Assembly (NCBI RefSeq): GCF_018977255.1
Contig: NW_024704768.1
Location: 5,022,001 to 5,086,000, forward strand
DNA length: 64,000 nt
Reading direction: 5' to 3'
From: Callorhinchus milii
Taxonomy: Eukaryota
Under the pieces are notes generated by a model that did not search any database, was not told the origin of the DNA, and saw nothing but the letters and a program-made list of their open reading frames with translations. Shown here one piece after another: positions 61,651 to 64,000 of this stretch. The stretch's first letter is position 1, and each line of letters begins with the position of its first letter. Both the position numbers and the translations under genes were made by a program.

Positions 61651-64000
61651 CCTCCACAACAACAACAAATTGCACTTATGTAACGCCCTCCATACATGGT
61701 AGGGTCTCAGAGCACTTAAAAAGCTCCACCCCTCCTCATTCCAAGCCCCAGCTTGAGTCCAAATCCCAGACTGTCCAACGCCTTGGGATGCACTCCTGAC
61801 GTGAAAGGTGCTGCATAAATGTAATTTGTTGTTCTTGTGGTATCATGTAACACACACAGACACACACACGGACACACACACACACAGACACGTACACCCA
61901 TACAGTGCTGGGTTGGGGCCTGGTAGAGATCTCACAATCTGGTTTTAATCACTGACCTCTCTATTGCTATTTCTGTCACCTCGCGCACAGGCAAATTACA
62001 GCTCTGAAAGTTGCTATGGTAACGGGGTGTTTATGGACATCCCATGACTCACTGAGAACAGTGGATTCGTGGCGTCTCTCCATCAGTGCACGTTAAAGGG
62101 GCAACCCAGCCCCCAGCCCGAGGACCCTCCAATTCACCATCGGTGACTGTGCTTTCAGCCACTACGCCCCGAAACTCTGCCACTTGCCCCCTTCAATCCC
62201 TCCCTCTCCACCTTCAAATCCCGCCTAAAGACCTTCCTTTTTTGATGGTGCTTACGGTCACCTCCCACCCTCCCTCCCTCCCTCCCCATCTCTCTCTCCC
62301 CCCGACTCGGGGTCAGACTCCCCCACTGTGGAGCACTCCGGGACCCTACCCCACATGAAGGGGCGCAGTGCGAATGCAAGTTATTGTTGTTGTTGGCGTC
62401 CTGTCTGTACCTGTTCAGGTGGACGTCACAACTGGAAAAGAGAAGGGAGTTTCGGTTTTCCCTTCTCCCCATGTCCTTGCCAACAATTCCCTGGATAAGT
62501 TGCTCATTTCCTTGGTGTGTGTGTGTGTACGTGTGCATGTGGAGGCTCTGGCAGAGAGGGAGCTGGGATGCGCCAGGCCGTGAGTCAGTCAAGAGGGACC
62601 CAGTGAACGTCAGCAGCCAGGCCTGGCCAACCCCCCATGATACAGCCCAGCATTTCAGAGGATTTGTAACAGCTTCAGCAAGTCAGACACAGCACAGAGC
62701 TGCCAGCACCACCCCACTCTCTCTCCCACTCCCTACCCCGCTCTGGTTGGGTGGGCAGTGGCTGGGCTACTCGTTACCCCTGCCCCCCACCACCCCCACC
62801 GGAGGGTCTGGTATAAAGGGCGGGAGGACACAGGGCTGTGGATCTCACTATAAACCTGGAATTAGTGTTGACTGAGTTTCAGCTCTGTCCGTGGGCCGAG
62901 CGGAGAGAGACACACAGACGCAGACACTCAGAGAAACAGAGAAAAGCCCTGAGCTGATGGAAGCCTCTGATGTATTCAGTGACTGAGCCAAGCCGGGTTG
63001 GGGTGGGGGAGTGGAAGGGGGGGGGGGCAGAAATATACTTCCCCCTGCCCCACCCCGCCGCCGCCGTGGGATGCACGTCCTGTGACTCAGAGCCTTTGGC
63101 TAAATCATCACTGGGATAAATATAGATAACATCCTTCCTGACAGAGACAGCACAGAGCTCCCGGGCATTCAGCTCTCGCTCGCACACTACCGCTTGCACC
63201 CTCACCTCTCGCACCCTCAACCCTCACACCCTCACCACTTGCACTCTCACCTCTATTGTTTACCTGGGGAACTCCCTTCTCATTTCACGCGGGAACATCC
63301 AACATGAATAGGCAGACAGGATGTCCCGTCTGAAGGACCATGTTGCCCACAATGCAGCCCCCTCCAGGGCACTGTGCTGAAGCCTAGACTGTGAGCTCAG
63401 CCCTGGAGACTCCAGAATTCCCCTCGCTCTCAGCCCTGAGAACCCCAAGATGGGAGTTCCGCCTTAATTTATTTTCAGACAAAATAAACCCCTGGAAAAT
63501 GTTTGATTCCGTTTTCAATCAGGAGACGTTTCTCATCTCAGCTTCCAAACCACGGCTGTGTTTGAGAATGTTCCACAATTCTGCCCGAGCGGGAATATTA
63601 GGACACGATGATGAGGGTCTCCCAGGCTGAGACTAGGTGGAATTTCAGGAAGGAGGAGGAGTGGGGGGGGGGGGGAGAAGGACATTCCCAAACTCCACAG
63701 TGAATCCCATGTGGAGGGAGGAAGGAGGCGGGGAGGTGGGGGGGAAGAGCGTCAGGCTCTGTCTGTGCTGTAACGCGGGAGGTGAGGGGGGAGGGGGTTG
63801 GTGGCTGCTGCTCACTCCCCACACAGCGGCTCTCGGCCAAATCCATCTGCATCTGATTCAGAAACAGGCTGAGGCCAGGCAGAGCCAGCATTTCCTGTAC
63901 ACGGCTCACAGCCCGAGGCCACATTCCCCCCCCACCGAGCCCTGGGGAACAGCCTGGCTTCCCTCCATCCCTCCCCCTCCCTCCCGCAGCCCAGTACAGC

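Overview
Vertebrate genomic DNA, GC- and minisatellite-rich. The SINE family (tRNA head plus Deu-type core) suggests a cartilaginous fish, probably a holocephalan; this is an inference. I reconstructed five spliced protein-coding genes by hand with GT-AG boundaries and consistent reading frames: SOAT2 (+, 15 coding exons, 541 aa), a ZNF148/ZNF281/ZNF740-family zinc-finger gene (-, 6 coding exons, 843 aa), CSAD (-, 14 coding exons, 541 aa), and two tandem GTSF1 paralogues (+, 124 aa and 177 aa). The gene set matches the human 12q13 neighbourhood. The main points of interest: (1) the zinc-finger gene sits at the ZNF740 syntenic position and has ZNF740-like residues, but keeps four fingers and the entire ZNF148-like C-terminus that human ZNF740 lacks; (2) an intron-containing tandem GTSF1 pair differs in the PIWI-binding region and in promoter motifs; (3) several tandem expansions sit in coding exons and around the zinc-finger promoter. 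The last 10 kb has no gene I can name, only candidate exons and regulatory motifs. Comparisons with human and mouse proteins are from memory and need alignment to confirm. Repeat boundaries are approximate.
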